Shown piece after piece: positions 33,267 to 48,740 of a DNA stretch of 64,000 nucleotides. A program made the position numbers and the translations under genes. The DNA lies in the NCBI RefSeq assembly GCF_009914755.1, contig NC_060925.1; one strand, written 5' to 3'. The notes under the pieces are model-generated. The model was not told the origin of the DNA and searched no databases. It saw nothing but the letters and a program-made list of their open reading frames with translations. The number at the start of each line of letters is the position of its first letter. The first letter of the stretch is position 1. The DNA is from the human T2T-CHM13v2.0 reference genome, Homo sapiens.

Positions 33267-34167
33267 CTGAAATGTTGACTTTCATTTCCACCCAGCAACT
33301 GCAACTCTTTTAGACCCGGAATCCCACTGTGCTTGGAGCGGTTCAACAGCAGGGACAGAAATATCTTCATTTGCCACCTGCTCCACCCATGGGCTCCTGT
33401 GCTATGCATCTGAAACTGGCACTTGCTCTTTTTTGACAATTTGTTTGTCACATGTTTGTTCTCTTGTTCCTCTTCCCCCACCTCCCCGCCCACGCATAGC
33501 TTCGAGTTAGAAAATTGTGTGTTCAGATGCCTTGATCCTTCAAGAGACATTTTGTGACTATGAGCTTGGCCAAGTTGGATCTTTCAAAACCTTAAAAAAA
33601 ATGTCATCTATAGATGCCGGTCAGAAAATCTCAGCCAGTTACCACGACCTTGCTTCTACTTAGGTCCTAAATACACTGCTTCAATTTCTTTCAGGTATCT
33701 CAAATACAATCCATCCATTCTGGAATAAAATGAATATATCTCTATTGATATCTCTTTATCCCAAACAGCTGACTGCACGAATCTTTATTGAGTCTTTGTT
33801 ATATAGTGGCACTGCAGTTTACATACAGTATTTAATCTTCACAACAACCCTATGAGGTGGATATTATTAATATCCCCTTTCAACAGATGAAACTCAGAGA
33901 GGTTACATCCTTGCTTAGGTCACACAGCTAATTATAGTGATAGGGCTGCAATTTGGAACTCAGTCTGTCTGTCCTCAAAGCTTGTGGTTTTAAAACTTCT
34001 GCTACCCAGCCTCTTGCTTGCTTAAGGGCAAACAAGAACAAACCTCCCCAGTCTTAATCACTTCCTGATTTGCAAAGATCATGGCGCTAACCTCTCAACT
34101 CTCATGAGTGGAACGGTGGGCACTGAAGAGCCAGCTTCCTCTTTGGGTTGGAATATTAGGTATGAAG

Positions 34168-34727
<560 letters not shown>

Positions 34728-35149
34728 TCACTGTTGGAGGACCCAACATCTGTGGCACCACAGCTGAGCTTTTCTATGTTTAGAACAAACCACATCCCAA
34801 CCCCTAAGGGCCTATGGGGCTCATGTTAAAAGTCTCTGGTCCATGACTTGAGGCTCAAAATCTCTTATGCAGCTGTTGAAGGTTTTCACAATGTGGCCTC
34901 CATCCACCTTTTGAAGTTCCCCACTAGTTCTCTGTGTTCCGGCCACAGAGGCTTCCAGTTCCCTTCTTTCTCTTGCCCCCTGGCCTTTTCAAACACTGGT
35001 CCCTGTGGTGGGAATTTCCTTCCCAGGCTTATCTTCCGCTAGTCTTCCAACAGGCCCCTATTCTTGATTCAGTCTCAGCTCACATGCCACTTCCTCAGGG
35101 AGGCTTTCTTAACCACTGTCTTTGATTTGCTCCCAATCCCCATGTATGT

Positions 35150-35547
35150 CTCTGACTTAGCCCATTTTGCGCTGCTGTAACAAAATACCACAGAGTGAGT
35201 TATTTACAAAGAACAGAAATTTATTTCTCACAGCTCTGGAGGCTGGGAAGTTCAAGTTCAAGATGCCTTCAGGTTATGACCCAGTCTCTCTGCTTCCAAG
35301 ATGGCACCCTGAATGTTTTGTCGTCTGAAGGGGAGGACACCGTGTCCTCACATGACAGAAGAGGAGAGAGAGAGAGAGAGAGAGAACCCATTCTCACAAG
35401 CCCTTTTTACGGACTCATTAATCCATTGATGATGGCAGAGCCCTCACGACCTACACACCTTCCATCAGGCCCTACTTCCCAACACTGTCGCATTGGGGAT
35501 TGAGTTTCCAGCACATGAATTTTGAAGGCCACATTCAAACCATAGCA
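35150..35547 (-). mobile_element. MST-type MaLR LTR
   Basis: cttagcccattttgcgctgctgtaacaaaataccac...cacattcaaaccatagca. Confidence 0.8.
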
Positions 35548-35885
35548 GTCTCTTTGATATGAATTAATCACAATATCATCATTTTTGTGCACTGAATATC
35601 TTACTTCTTGGATACAACTCTAATGACTCGCTCAGGGCCTGGCACATAGTAGGTGCTCAATGAACTGTGAGTAAGCAAACCTTTGCTGAATGGGGCTCAG
35701 TCAAACACAATTTCATATGCCCTAAACAACTCAGCCCCTCTCCTGGTTCTTATCTGCCACGCCTTAGCCACTCACTAAGTGTTTACTGACTTGAACTTGG
35801 CATATGACTCATAGTTAGAAGACCTCAGTGTTTCTTTCGAAAGTATGACTCCACTGTCATGCTCCCCTCCATAGCTGGGATTTTA

Positions 35886-36366
<481 letters not shown>

Positions 36367-36739
36367 CTACTAAGATAATTATGCGCAGGCTGGCAAAGTG
36401 TCCCATAGGACTGGGAAAAGGCAGGAGAGGAGGCAAAATGTAAAAGCCAATTGGGGCTGGGTTTTAAAAGTCAGTTTTGGGGGACATGTGGAGAGAAAAG
36501 GAGCAAGTGCAGGGACCAGCTGCTCTAAGAGCTGAATGTGAGTGTGAATATGAGATGTATGGAAAGAGAGGTGGAGAAAATGGATTTCCAAATTTTTGGC
36601 TCTGTGTCAGGACTGAAATTTCTTTTGGCATTTTCCCCCCCCAAGAAACTAAAGATTTTAAACCATTGTTGTTTTGACTATTATTCTTCTTGCTGTTGTT
36701 TTAATGTAATGCTGGAGGCAGGCAGGGCCCAGTACAAGA

Positions 36740-37110
36740 ACAAGGAGATCATTTGTATGTGGGAGTGGAATTTAAGACTTTACCAGCTGCAAGAACACAA
36801 ACTCTAAACTGACATAAGTGCAAAAGGAATTCTGCAAGTTCCCCAGATTGAGAAGTTCAAGGATGGATGTGGCTCTGGGACGGCTCTAGTGGAAACAGAT
36901 TCTGATTGGCCTGGCTTGGGTCACATGCCATTTCCTGAGCCAATCGATGTGGTCAGAAGAATGGGCTACTGTCATTGGCCTCTCTGGGTAGAATGCCCAT
37001 CCCGGGGGAGAGGGGTAAGGGAGTATTCTGATTGACAGCTCCTCCAACTATAGGAACTGGAGGAAGATTGGTTCCTCAGAGGAATGGAGGCTGCAGAGGC
37101 AAACGGCATA
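36740..37110. mobile_element. Old MLT1J/K-like LTR fragment
   Basis: ctgattggcctggcttgggtcacatgcc...gagccaatc motif typical of these LTRs. Confidence 0.55.
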
Positions 37111-37789
37111 CACCCACTGCTGGATTGCAGAGGAGGAGTCCTTAGAGATCATCCCCACCAACTTCCTACCCTGAAAGTCTACCCTCTTCAACATCCTGGA
37201 GAGACCAGCTGGATGCTGCTGCTTGGACTCATTGGGGGACGAGATCCTGCTATCTTTTGGGGCTGCCAATTCTGTTTGTGAACAGTTCTAGTTAGGAACA
37301 TCGCCCTTACTTTGACCTACCTCCTTGTAATTTACCCTAGTCATCTAATTCTTCCTTTTGGGGCCTCACAGAAGAAAACAAAGCCCTTCTCCCCATGCCA
37401 GCCTTTACAGATGTTAAGTCTCAAGATCCTTCTTGTAGATGGTGCACAGATGACAGCCAGTTTCCTGGTGTAAGAGCACCAGCCTGGGAACCAGGAGACC
37501 TCAGTTCCAGCCCTCACGCCGGCTTTAATGCAGCGAAGTGGCCTTGCTTGGAGGGAGGTATACACAGTTCCCATTTCACAGATAAGGATACTAAAGTAAA
37601 GGGAGGTTAAGAGACATGCCCAAGGTCACACAGGTGGAAATGGGGAAGCTGGAACTCACATCCAGGACCACACAATTCCAAAGCTTCCTTTCTTTATCAC
37701 TCTGTGGTCTTGAGAAAGTTACATCCTTTCTCTGGGCCTCAGTTTTCTCATCTGTAATTTGGGAACTTTCATGTGTATTAGAATCACCT

Positions 37790-38580
37790 GGCTGGAGTGC
37801 AGTGGCATGATCACGGCTCACTGCAGCCTCAATCTCCTGGGCTCAACGATCCTCCTGCCTCAGCCTCCTGAATAGCTGGGACTATAGGTACATGCAGCCA
37901 CACCCGGCTAATTTCGTTTATTTTTTGTAGAGACTTGGTTTTGCTGTGTTGCCCAGGCTGGTCTTGAACTCCTGGGTTCAAGTGATCCACCCGTTTGGGC
38001 CTCCCGAAGTGCTGGGATTACAGGCGTGAGCCATAGCTGGAGAGCTGGTTAAGACACAGGTTGCTGGGGTTCATCTCCAGAGTCCCCGGTTCCATTTTTT
38101 TTCTGAGGTGCGGCTTAAGGATTTGCATTTTAACCAGTTCCCAGGTGATGCTGGTGATGATGGTGCTGCTAGTCTGGGTTCCACACTTTCAGAAACACTG
38201 TAGTATTTGATCCCAGCTCTAACATACTATGATGTGGGGTGGTGGATATATTTTACCTTTCCATTTAGTTTGGGCTTGGACCCCTATTTTTATTATTTAT
38301 TTATTTATTGAGACAGAGTCTTGCTCTGTTGCCCAGGCTGGAGGAGTGCAGTGGCGTGATCTTAGCTGATTGGGTTCAAGCAATTCTCATGCCTCAGCCT
38401 CCCAAGTAGCTGAGACTACAGCTGTGCGCCACCATGCCTGGTTAATTTTTTTGTATTTTTAGTAGAGACGGAGTTTCACCATTTTGGCCAGGCTGGTCTT
38501 GAACTCCTGACCTCAGGTGATCCACCTGCCTCGGCCTCCCTAAGTGCTGGGATTACAGGCGTGAGCCACCGCACCCGGCC
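37790..38580 (-). mobile_element. Two Alus (37790-38035 within a MER5-like element; 38286-38580)
   Basis: Alu bodies. Confidence 0.82.
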
Positions 38581-38607
38581 AGTTTGGGCTTAGACCGGTA
38601 TTAAATG

Positions 38608-38639
38608 GTGTGTGTGTGTGCGTGTGTGTGTGTGTGTGT

Positions 38640-38673
<34 letters not shown>

Positions 38674-38678
38674 GCGCG
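38608..38678. repeat. Compound (TG)n(AG)n(CG)n microsatellite
   Basis: Direct inspection. Confidence 0.93.
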
Positions 38679-38769
38679 AGCAGGCAGCCACCATTTTGCT
38701 CCACAGTAAACTTAATTCCAACAATTGTTGAATGAAATTCAAATAGGTAAAGAAGTGAAGAGAAGAGTT

Positions 38770-39155
38770 TGAAAATTTGAGTGTAAGCTTTGACTCCCCC
38801 AAAACTTAACTACTAATAGCCTACTGTTGATCGGAAGCCTTATTGATTACATAAACAACATATTTTGCATGTCATATATATATATATATATACTGCACTC
38901 TTACATATATACTGTACTCTAGTAAACAGAGAAATGAAAATGTTATTACGGAAACCATAAGAAAGAGAAAATACATTTACTATTCATTAAGTGGAAGTGA
39001 GTCATCATAAAAGTCTTCATCCTCATTTTCTTCATAATGAGTAGGTGGTGGAGGAGGAGGGTTTAGTCTTGCTGTCTCGGTGGAAGAGGCAGAAGAAAAT
39101 TCACATATAAGTGGACCCTCACAGTTCAAACCCATGTTCAATGGTCAGTTGTATA
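38770..39155. mobile_element. Tigger2/MER28-like DNA transposon
   Basis: ttgactcccccaaaacttaactactaatagcctactgttga...cagttcaaacccatgttcaatggtcagttgta. Confidence 0.75.
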
Positions 39156-39968
39156 TCAGTGGTTGCCAGGGGCTGGGGAAAGGGAGGGGTATGGGGAATG
39201 GTTACTAGTGGGTAGAGTTTATTTTCCAGGTGATGAAAACGTTCTCAGATTAGAGAGTAGAAATGGTTGCATGACTTTGTGAATATATTAAAAAGTGTGC
39301 ATTTTTAATGGTGGATTTTATAGTATGTGAATTATATCTCAGTTGCGGGGTGGTCTCTAGGGGTGCAAAGTTTTGAGGGTGGTAGAACTGGGATTTGAAC
39401 CCAAGGCCATGTGGCAGCCTAGGAAACAGCCTGTGATTTCAGATCTTGGCTCAGCCCTTCATCTCGGGCCAGCCTTTTCTGTCTCAGCGGGCAGTGAGGC
39501 GTGGTGGGGGTGGGACATTCCCTCCAGGCCCTGGCGTGGAGGACTCCAAGTGTGGCCCTGCTCAAAGGATCCGAGGGAGCAAAGGCGCAGAAGAAGCGGG
39601 AGAGGAGGCGAGGGCCATTCTTATCCAAGAACCCCCTCTCCCTTTCCTGTAAGAACAGCTAGGCTCTTTCCATCCCCGCCTTTATCTGCTCCTTCCAGGC
39701 CTGGGAAGGCCGCTGGCGCTTGACAGCGGTTCCCAGGCGCACTGGCCGCCGGGCTTGCAGGGGCAGGCACGGTGCGCGCCCAGACTTTTCTGGGAAAGCG
39801 TGCGCGAACCTGCTGCCTGGCAGCTCGGTGGCTGGGAGCCCAGCCCTAGCTCACAAACGGGACTCTTCTACGCCCGGTGGGGACTCTGGTCCTACCCGTT
39901 GGACCTTGTGGGCCTACTACTGTGTGCTACATCCTCCTGTGATTCTCCTCCCTTTAGAAAATTCTTTC

Positions 39969-40284
<316 letters not shown>

Positions 40285-40458
40285 CTAATAATAAATTTTA
40301 AATTACACAGGCAATCGATGAATTCATTTTCCTTTCAACACATTAAAATAGCACTGATTCATCATTCCCCTATCCTTTCTCCCCTCCCTCTCAAAAGTAA
40401 TCATTATTATTATCAGTTTGGGAGCAATATTTTCAAATCTTTTTCTATAGGCCCATAG

Positions 40459-42860
<2,402 letters not shown>

Positions 42861-43137
42861 CTATTTTATTTTATTATTATTATTTTAAATGACTTTTCAA
42901 AAAGGCTGTACCAATTTGGGTTCCCACTAGAAGTCGTGGATTGGTGAATTTTTAAAGGAGCAGTGTGGCCCTCATCAACCTGGACGCACACTCTGGTCTC
43001 TAAGGCATGGAACAGTTGTGCTGGGAGGGAGCTCCTCTGAGAGGGTGGTCAGAAGAGCCCCCAGGCATCACCTCCACCATGAAAGCTCACCCCTCTCCCC
43101 TAAAGCTTAGATAACCAGCTGCATTTCCTAAGAGTGA

Positions 43138-43152
43138 GCACCAGGGGGCACC
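43138..43152 (+). promoter_or_regulatory. Candidate CTCF site GCACCAGGGGGCACC
   Basis: 14/15 match to CCASYAGRKGGCRSY. Confidence 0.6.
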
Positions 43153-43502
43153 ACATACCAAAGGAAAGTGGTCCAGACTGCGAGACCGCGGATCAGACCA
43201 AAGAGATAACGTTTTTTTTTTCTTAGACTGGGGCCCTCCAAGGCAGAGAGAAGACCAACTCTCCTGGCTTCCTTGACATTCTCCTTACCTGACGTTCTGC
43301 AGCCTCTTGGGAGACTCTCGGATGTACCCATAGGAGGCTGTGGGAGACAGAGGGTCATGTCCAGAAGGGAAATGGCAGTGTATGGCGTCACAGTAAGAGC
43401 TGGGGCAACTCCCCCGCTGTGTCTTTGATGTCTTTGCATCACCTTTCCAAGCCTCAGTTTTTCTCATGTGTCAAATGGGAGTGACAATTTCCTGCCTCGC
43501 TT

Positions 43503-43507
<5 letters not shown>

Positions 43508-43543
<36 letters not shown>

Positions 43544-43554
43544 CGTGTGTGTGT
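43508..43554. repeat. (TG)n(CG)n(TG)n alternating purine-pyrimidine tract
   Basis: Direct inspection. Confidence 0.95.
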
Positions 43555-43588
43555 AACTTATGCCAAAGTGCTTTGAAAAACCGAGAAG

Positions 43589-43750
43589 TGGGAGGGGGGA
43601 GGGATAGCATTAGGAGATATACCTAATGTTAAATGACGAGTTAATGGGTGCAGCACACCAACATGGCACATGTATACATATGTAACTAACCTGCACGTTG
43701 TGCACATGTACCCTAAAACTTAAAGTATAATTTAAAAAAAAAAAAAGAAA
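43589..43750 (+). mobile_element. Young 5'-truncated L1PA (L1PA3-like) 3' end with poly(A)
   Basis: gggatagcattaggagatatacctaatg...cttaaagtataat; 14-bp TSD gaaaaaccgagaag at 43575-43588 and 43751-43764. Confidence 0.92.
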
Positions 43751-43805
43751 GAAAAACCGAGAAGGCCTAAGGATGTCTGCTGAGTTGAGACTAAGGTGTA
43801 GTGGG

Positions 43806-44166
43806 TGATATGTTTGGCTGTGTCGCCACCCAAATCTCATCTTGAATTGTAGCTCCCATAATTCCCACGTGTTGTGGGAGGGACCTGGTGGGAGACAGTT
43901 GAATCATGGGAGCAGTTTCCCCCATACGGTTCCCATGGTAGTGAATAAGTCTTATAAGATCTGATGATTTTATAAGGGGTTTCCCCTTTTGCTTAGCTCT
44001 CATTCATTCCCTCTTGTCTGCTGCTACGTAAGACGTGCCTTTTGCCTTCTGCCATGATTGTGAGGCCTCCCCAGCCACTTGGAACTGTGAGTCTACTAAA
44101 CCTCTTTTTCTTTGTAAATTACCCAGTCTCTGGTCTTTATTAGCAGCATGAAAACAGACTAATACA
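43806..44166 (+). mobile_element. THE1-family (ERVL-MaLR) solo LTR
   Basis: tgatatgtttggctgtgtc...cagactaataca termini, about 361 bp, internal TATAA at 43971. Confidence 0.9.
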
Positions 44167-44529
44167 GGGGGTAAGGACACGTGGAGCAAGATTGGTTACT
44201 ACATTAGTCCAGGGAAGACAATGGTGGTGGCAGCTGTGAAGGTGGTGAGACGTGGCTGGATTCTGGATATATTTCAAGGGGAGAACCAGTGAGATGTATT
44301 GAAAGATTTGATGTCAGGGGTGAGAGAAAAAGGAGGTCAAGGGTGATACTAAGGCTTTTTGTCTTGAGCCAACAAAGACTAGCGGTGCCTTTTACTTAGT
44401 GGGGAAGATGGTGGAGGGATGGTTTGGAGGTGCAAATCAAGAGTTCCATATTTAGACATGCTACATTTGAGATGCCTTTTAGGTCACCGAGTGATTGAGT
44501 AAAGACAGAGGTCAGAAAACTGAGCCTTA

Positions 44530-45466
<937 letters not shown>

Positions 45467-45727
45467 TCAGAAAAAAACTGTTTCTCAGTTTCTTCATCTG
45501 AAAAATTGGATTAGTAATAGTTCCTATTTCATAGGGCTGTTGTGAACATTGAGATCATCCAATAAAATTATTTAGCACAGTGCCTGGGACACAGTCAGCC
45601 ATCAATAAAAGTGGCAGCAGCAGCAGTAATAGTTGTTGGATGGTGTTACTCCAGCTTGAACATTCCAGATACATCCGTCTTACATTCTGTTTCTGACATT
45701 GGACAAATAGTGTAATGTTGGGGCTGT

Positions 45728-45742
45728 CCAGCAGGAGGCACT
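45728..45742 (+). promoter_or_regulatory. Candidate CTCF site CCAGCAGGAGGCACT
   Basis: 14/15 match to core; TGTAAT upstream-motif-like hexamer at 45711. Confidence 0.55.
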
Positions 45743-46806
45743 GCTGACATGTACTTCTCTATTGCCCACAGAGGTCCAGGAAGTGGGAGGCAGTTTTCCC
45801 TGGAGCAGTGTTCTCTGATGATTGCCCTGGCAGAGGCCTAGACTTTTCTTCCTGGTACAATAAACCAAGCTCTTGGCTCCTCCCAGACAGCAGTGTCTCA
45901 GCTTTCTTCCTGGGACTGGTCCTCTCTTCTCAGATCCAGTTCCTGGCCTCCTCCTGCTTATAGCCTCCAGCCAAGCTGCTGAATCTGGCAACCCAGGCCC
46001 TGGCCAACCTTTCCTTCTTGTCCAGGCCCCTAGCGGCCGCCAACTTCCCCAAAGCCAGCAGGCACGTGCAGGACATGCCAGCTTGGAATAGGTTTCCTGC
46101 GCCCTCTCTCTTCCCCCTCAACTCTGTAAAATCCCTTTTTTTGATTCCTCCTCTTCAGAGATGGAGCCGGGCAGGACTAACCCTGCTGTGCAGATGGAAT
46201 AAAAGGCAGGGACCTGTTCCACGATGCTCCCAAGCTCAGATCACAGCGAGCTAAAGGGAACCTGGGAGGTGGGTCTCCTAAGCCTCAGGCACAGGTGAGT
46301 CACTCGCCACTCAGACCACACTCATCTTCAGACTCAGGTGTTCACTGGGGGCTCAGTGGGCATCTTCTGTCTTTCGGCCCTGTGCTGGGCACAGGGCTTG
46401 ACTAAGATGGAGGGAGACCGTGCTGAGCCTCGGGAGGCTGAGACACGGGCTGGGCCTCGAGACGGGGAGATGGGGGCTGAGCCTCAGGAGGCTGAGATGG
46501 GGCTCGGCTGGGGGATGGCTGCTGTGGATCATAACAGATAGACAGTTCTACCTACCCTGTGATAGGGGATGGGCAGCCAGGGTGCTGTCAGAGGACAGAT
46601 TTCTGGATGCTTGTGGAGACCCATGAAACCACAGGCTCCCTAAAGCACGTGTCTTTTTAAAAGGGTCCATCTTGGATCCATCTTTCCCCACACTCACCGT
46701 TGAACATGATTCTCCAGCCCTCTATAGCCTCAATATCCCTCTCTTGGCCAAATAGAATCTCTTTCCTGATTCCCCCATCCCCCGCCAGGGCATACATCCC
46801 CACCTC

Positions 46807-46874
46807 CCACACACCCCTGCTGCCCACACATCCCTGCTGCCCACACACCCCTGCTGCCCACACACCCCTGCTGC
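46807..46874. repeat. 4 x 17-bp tandem repeat CCACACA(C/T)CCCTGCTGC
   Basis: Direct inspection. Confidence 0.95.
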
Positions 46875-48164
46875 TTAGCATCAGGTGAACTTCTGGGAAG
46901 GCCCTGGAAAGGGCCCAGCAGGTGGGGGAGCAGCCTCTGAACCACCTCCCTTTCTTCCCCGTGCCCTCCTGCCTCAGCCACCATCTCCTTCCATGTACCC
47001 CTCCCTTCATTCTTCCTCTTGGCGTGGCATCCACAGCCTACAGAATATCTGTCCCTAGCCCTTATCACTGTCCACTCCCAGCCTGGGTTTTGCATAAGGA
47101 AGATGCCAGGACTTATTGCTTGATAAACTCCAGCGTGCCTTTGCCTCCCTCCCTCCCTCCTTCCCTCCCTCCTGCCTACGAAATCTGCAATCTTTGGCAT
47201 GTGTTTGTTACACGGAATGCCACCAGTGGGTCATCAGCTGTCACTGTGAACAAACAAGAAAAAGAAAATGCAAAGCAGGCCGCTGCTTGGTGTGCCGGTG
47301 CCCCAAACCACAATGGCACACCTGGTGGTTTTCGGTGGAAGGCGGCCTGGGTTCAGCCCACGTGTTGGCCTGGGGACATCGCATGAGTCAGCTGAGGTGG
47401 ATAGTCGTTCTTATTTATGGTGATTAAAAATACCTCTGTTTTTCCTTTACATAAAAACAATACACATTAGCTGTAGAATAATTAGAACTAGAAACTTTAG
47501 CTGCAACAAACAAAAACCAAAGACGTACCTGTAACGCGCCCCCCCGCCGCCCCGACCCCCACCCACTCACGCACCTAGAAATGATCGCTGTGAGCTGCTT
47601 GGGAGGTGCTCGCAGACCACATGCCTTTTTTTTTTTTTTTCACTTATACAAAATGAGCTCATACTGTACATATTGTTTTATAACCTGCCTTTTTTGTTGA
47701 ACAATATATTGTGAGTAAAAACTGCTAACATTTCATTAGACTTACTGTGGGCCTGCCCTGTGCCAAGCACTTTGTTTGTACATCAAGGATGTCATTTAGT
47801 CAACCCTAAGAGGTCAACTATTTACTGCCCCCATTTTACAGAGAGGACATCGAAGGGTCAAGTACTCTGTCGAGACCAAGAGGCAGTAAGAGGTGGGAAT
47901 CCCTGGCCTGGGAGGCGGAAGGCTCCAGCTTCTCAGTGACTGACAAGTCGCTCTCTGGTTCGGGGCCTCGGGCTTCTCATCTGTAAAGTAAGGGGTGCTG
48001 GGGCTGGGCCAGAACAGCCTTCTGCACTGGGGAGGGGGCAGCAGACCCCACTCCCACTTACAGAGGCCACCCCCTCTGAGGCCTGCCTTCCTCCTCATTC
48101 TGAGTCTGACTCCCACTAAGCCTCGTGCCGAGCACTGTTCTGAGTACTAACGAGGTATGTATTC

Positions 48165-48740
48165 TTTCTTTCTTTTTAATTTTTTTAGAGAGTGGGTCTT
48201 GCTCTGTTGCCCAGGCTAGAGTACAGTGGTGCAGTCACAGCTCACTGCAGGCTCAGCCTCCTGGGCTCAAGTAATCCTTCCACCTCGGCCTCCTGAGTAG
48301 CTCAAAATACATGCATGCTCCACCATGCTCAGCTGATTTTCTTTGAGATGGAACCTTCCTCTGTCACCCAGGCTGGAGGGTGGTGGCATGATCTCTGCTC
48401 ACTGAAACCTCCACCTCCCAGTTCAAGGGATTCTCCTGCCTCCCGAGTAGCTGGGATTACAGGCCGGCACCACCACACCTGGCTACTTTTTGTATTTTTA
48501 GTAGAGGTGGGGTTTCACCATGTTGGCCAGGCTAGTCTTGAACTCCTGACCTCAAATGATCTGCCTGCGATTACAGATGTGAGCCACTGCACCCAGCCCC
48601 AGCTAACTTTTTTTTATTTTTGTAGAAACAGGGTCTTGCTATGTTGCCCAGGTTGGTCTTGAACTCCTGGCCTCAAGCAAGTCTCTCACCTTGGCCTCCC
48701 AAAACTCTGGGATTACAGGCATGAGCCACTGCACCTGGCC
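48165..48740 (-). mobile_element. Nested Alu-in-Alu
   Basis: Arm-full-arm structure. Confidence 0.85.

Noticed and set aside
43589-43750. Possible polymorphic L1HS-Ta insertion
   Set aside because: Diagnostic position reads GAG rather than ACA, with other older-subfamily bases; probably a fixed L1PA
44066-44078. PRDM9 hotspot motif position in the THE1 LTR
   Set aside because: Reads CCTCCCCAGCCAC, the variant lacking the critical T of CCTCCCT, so not predicted to be hot
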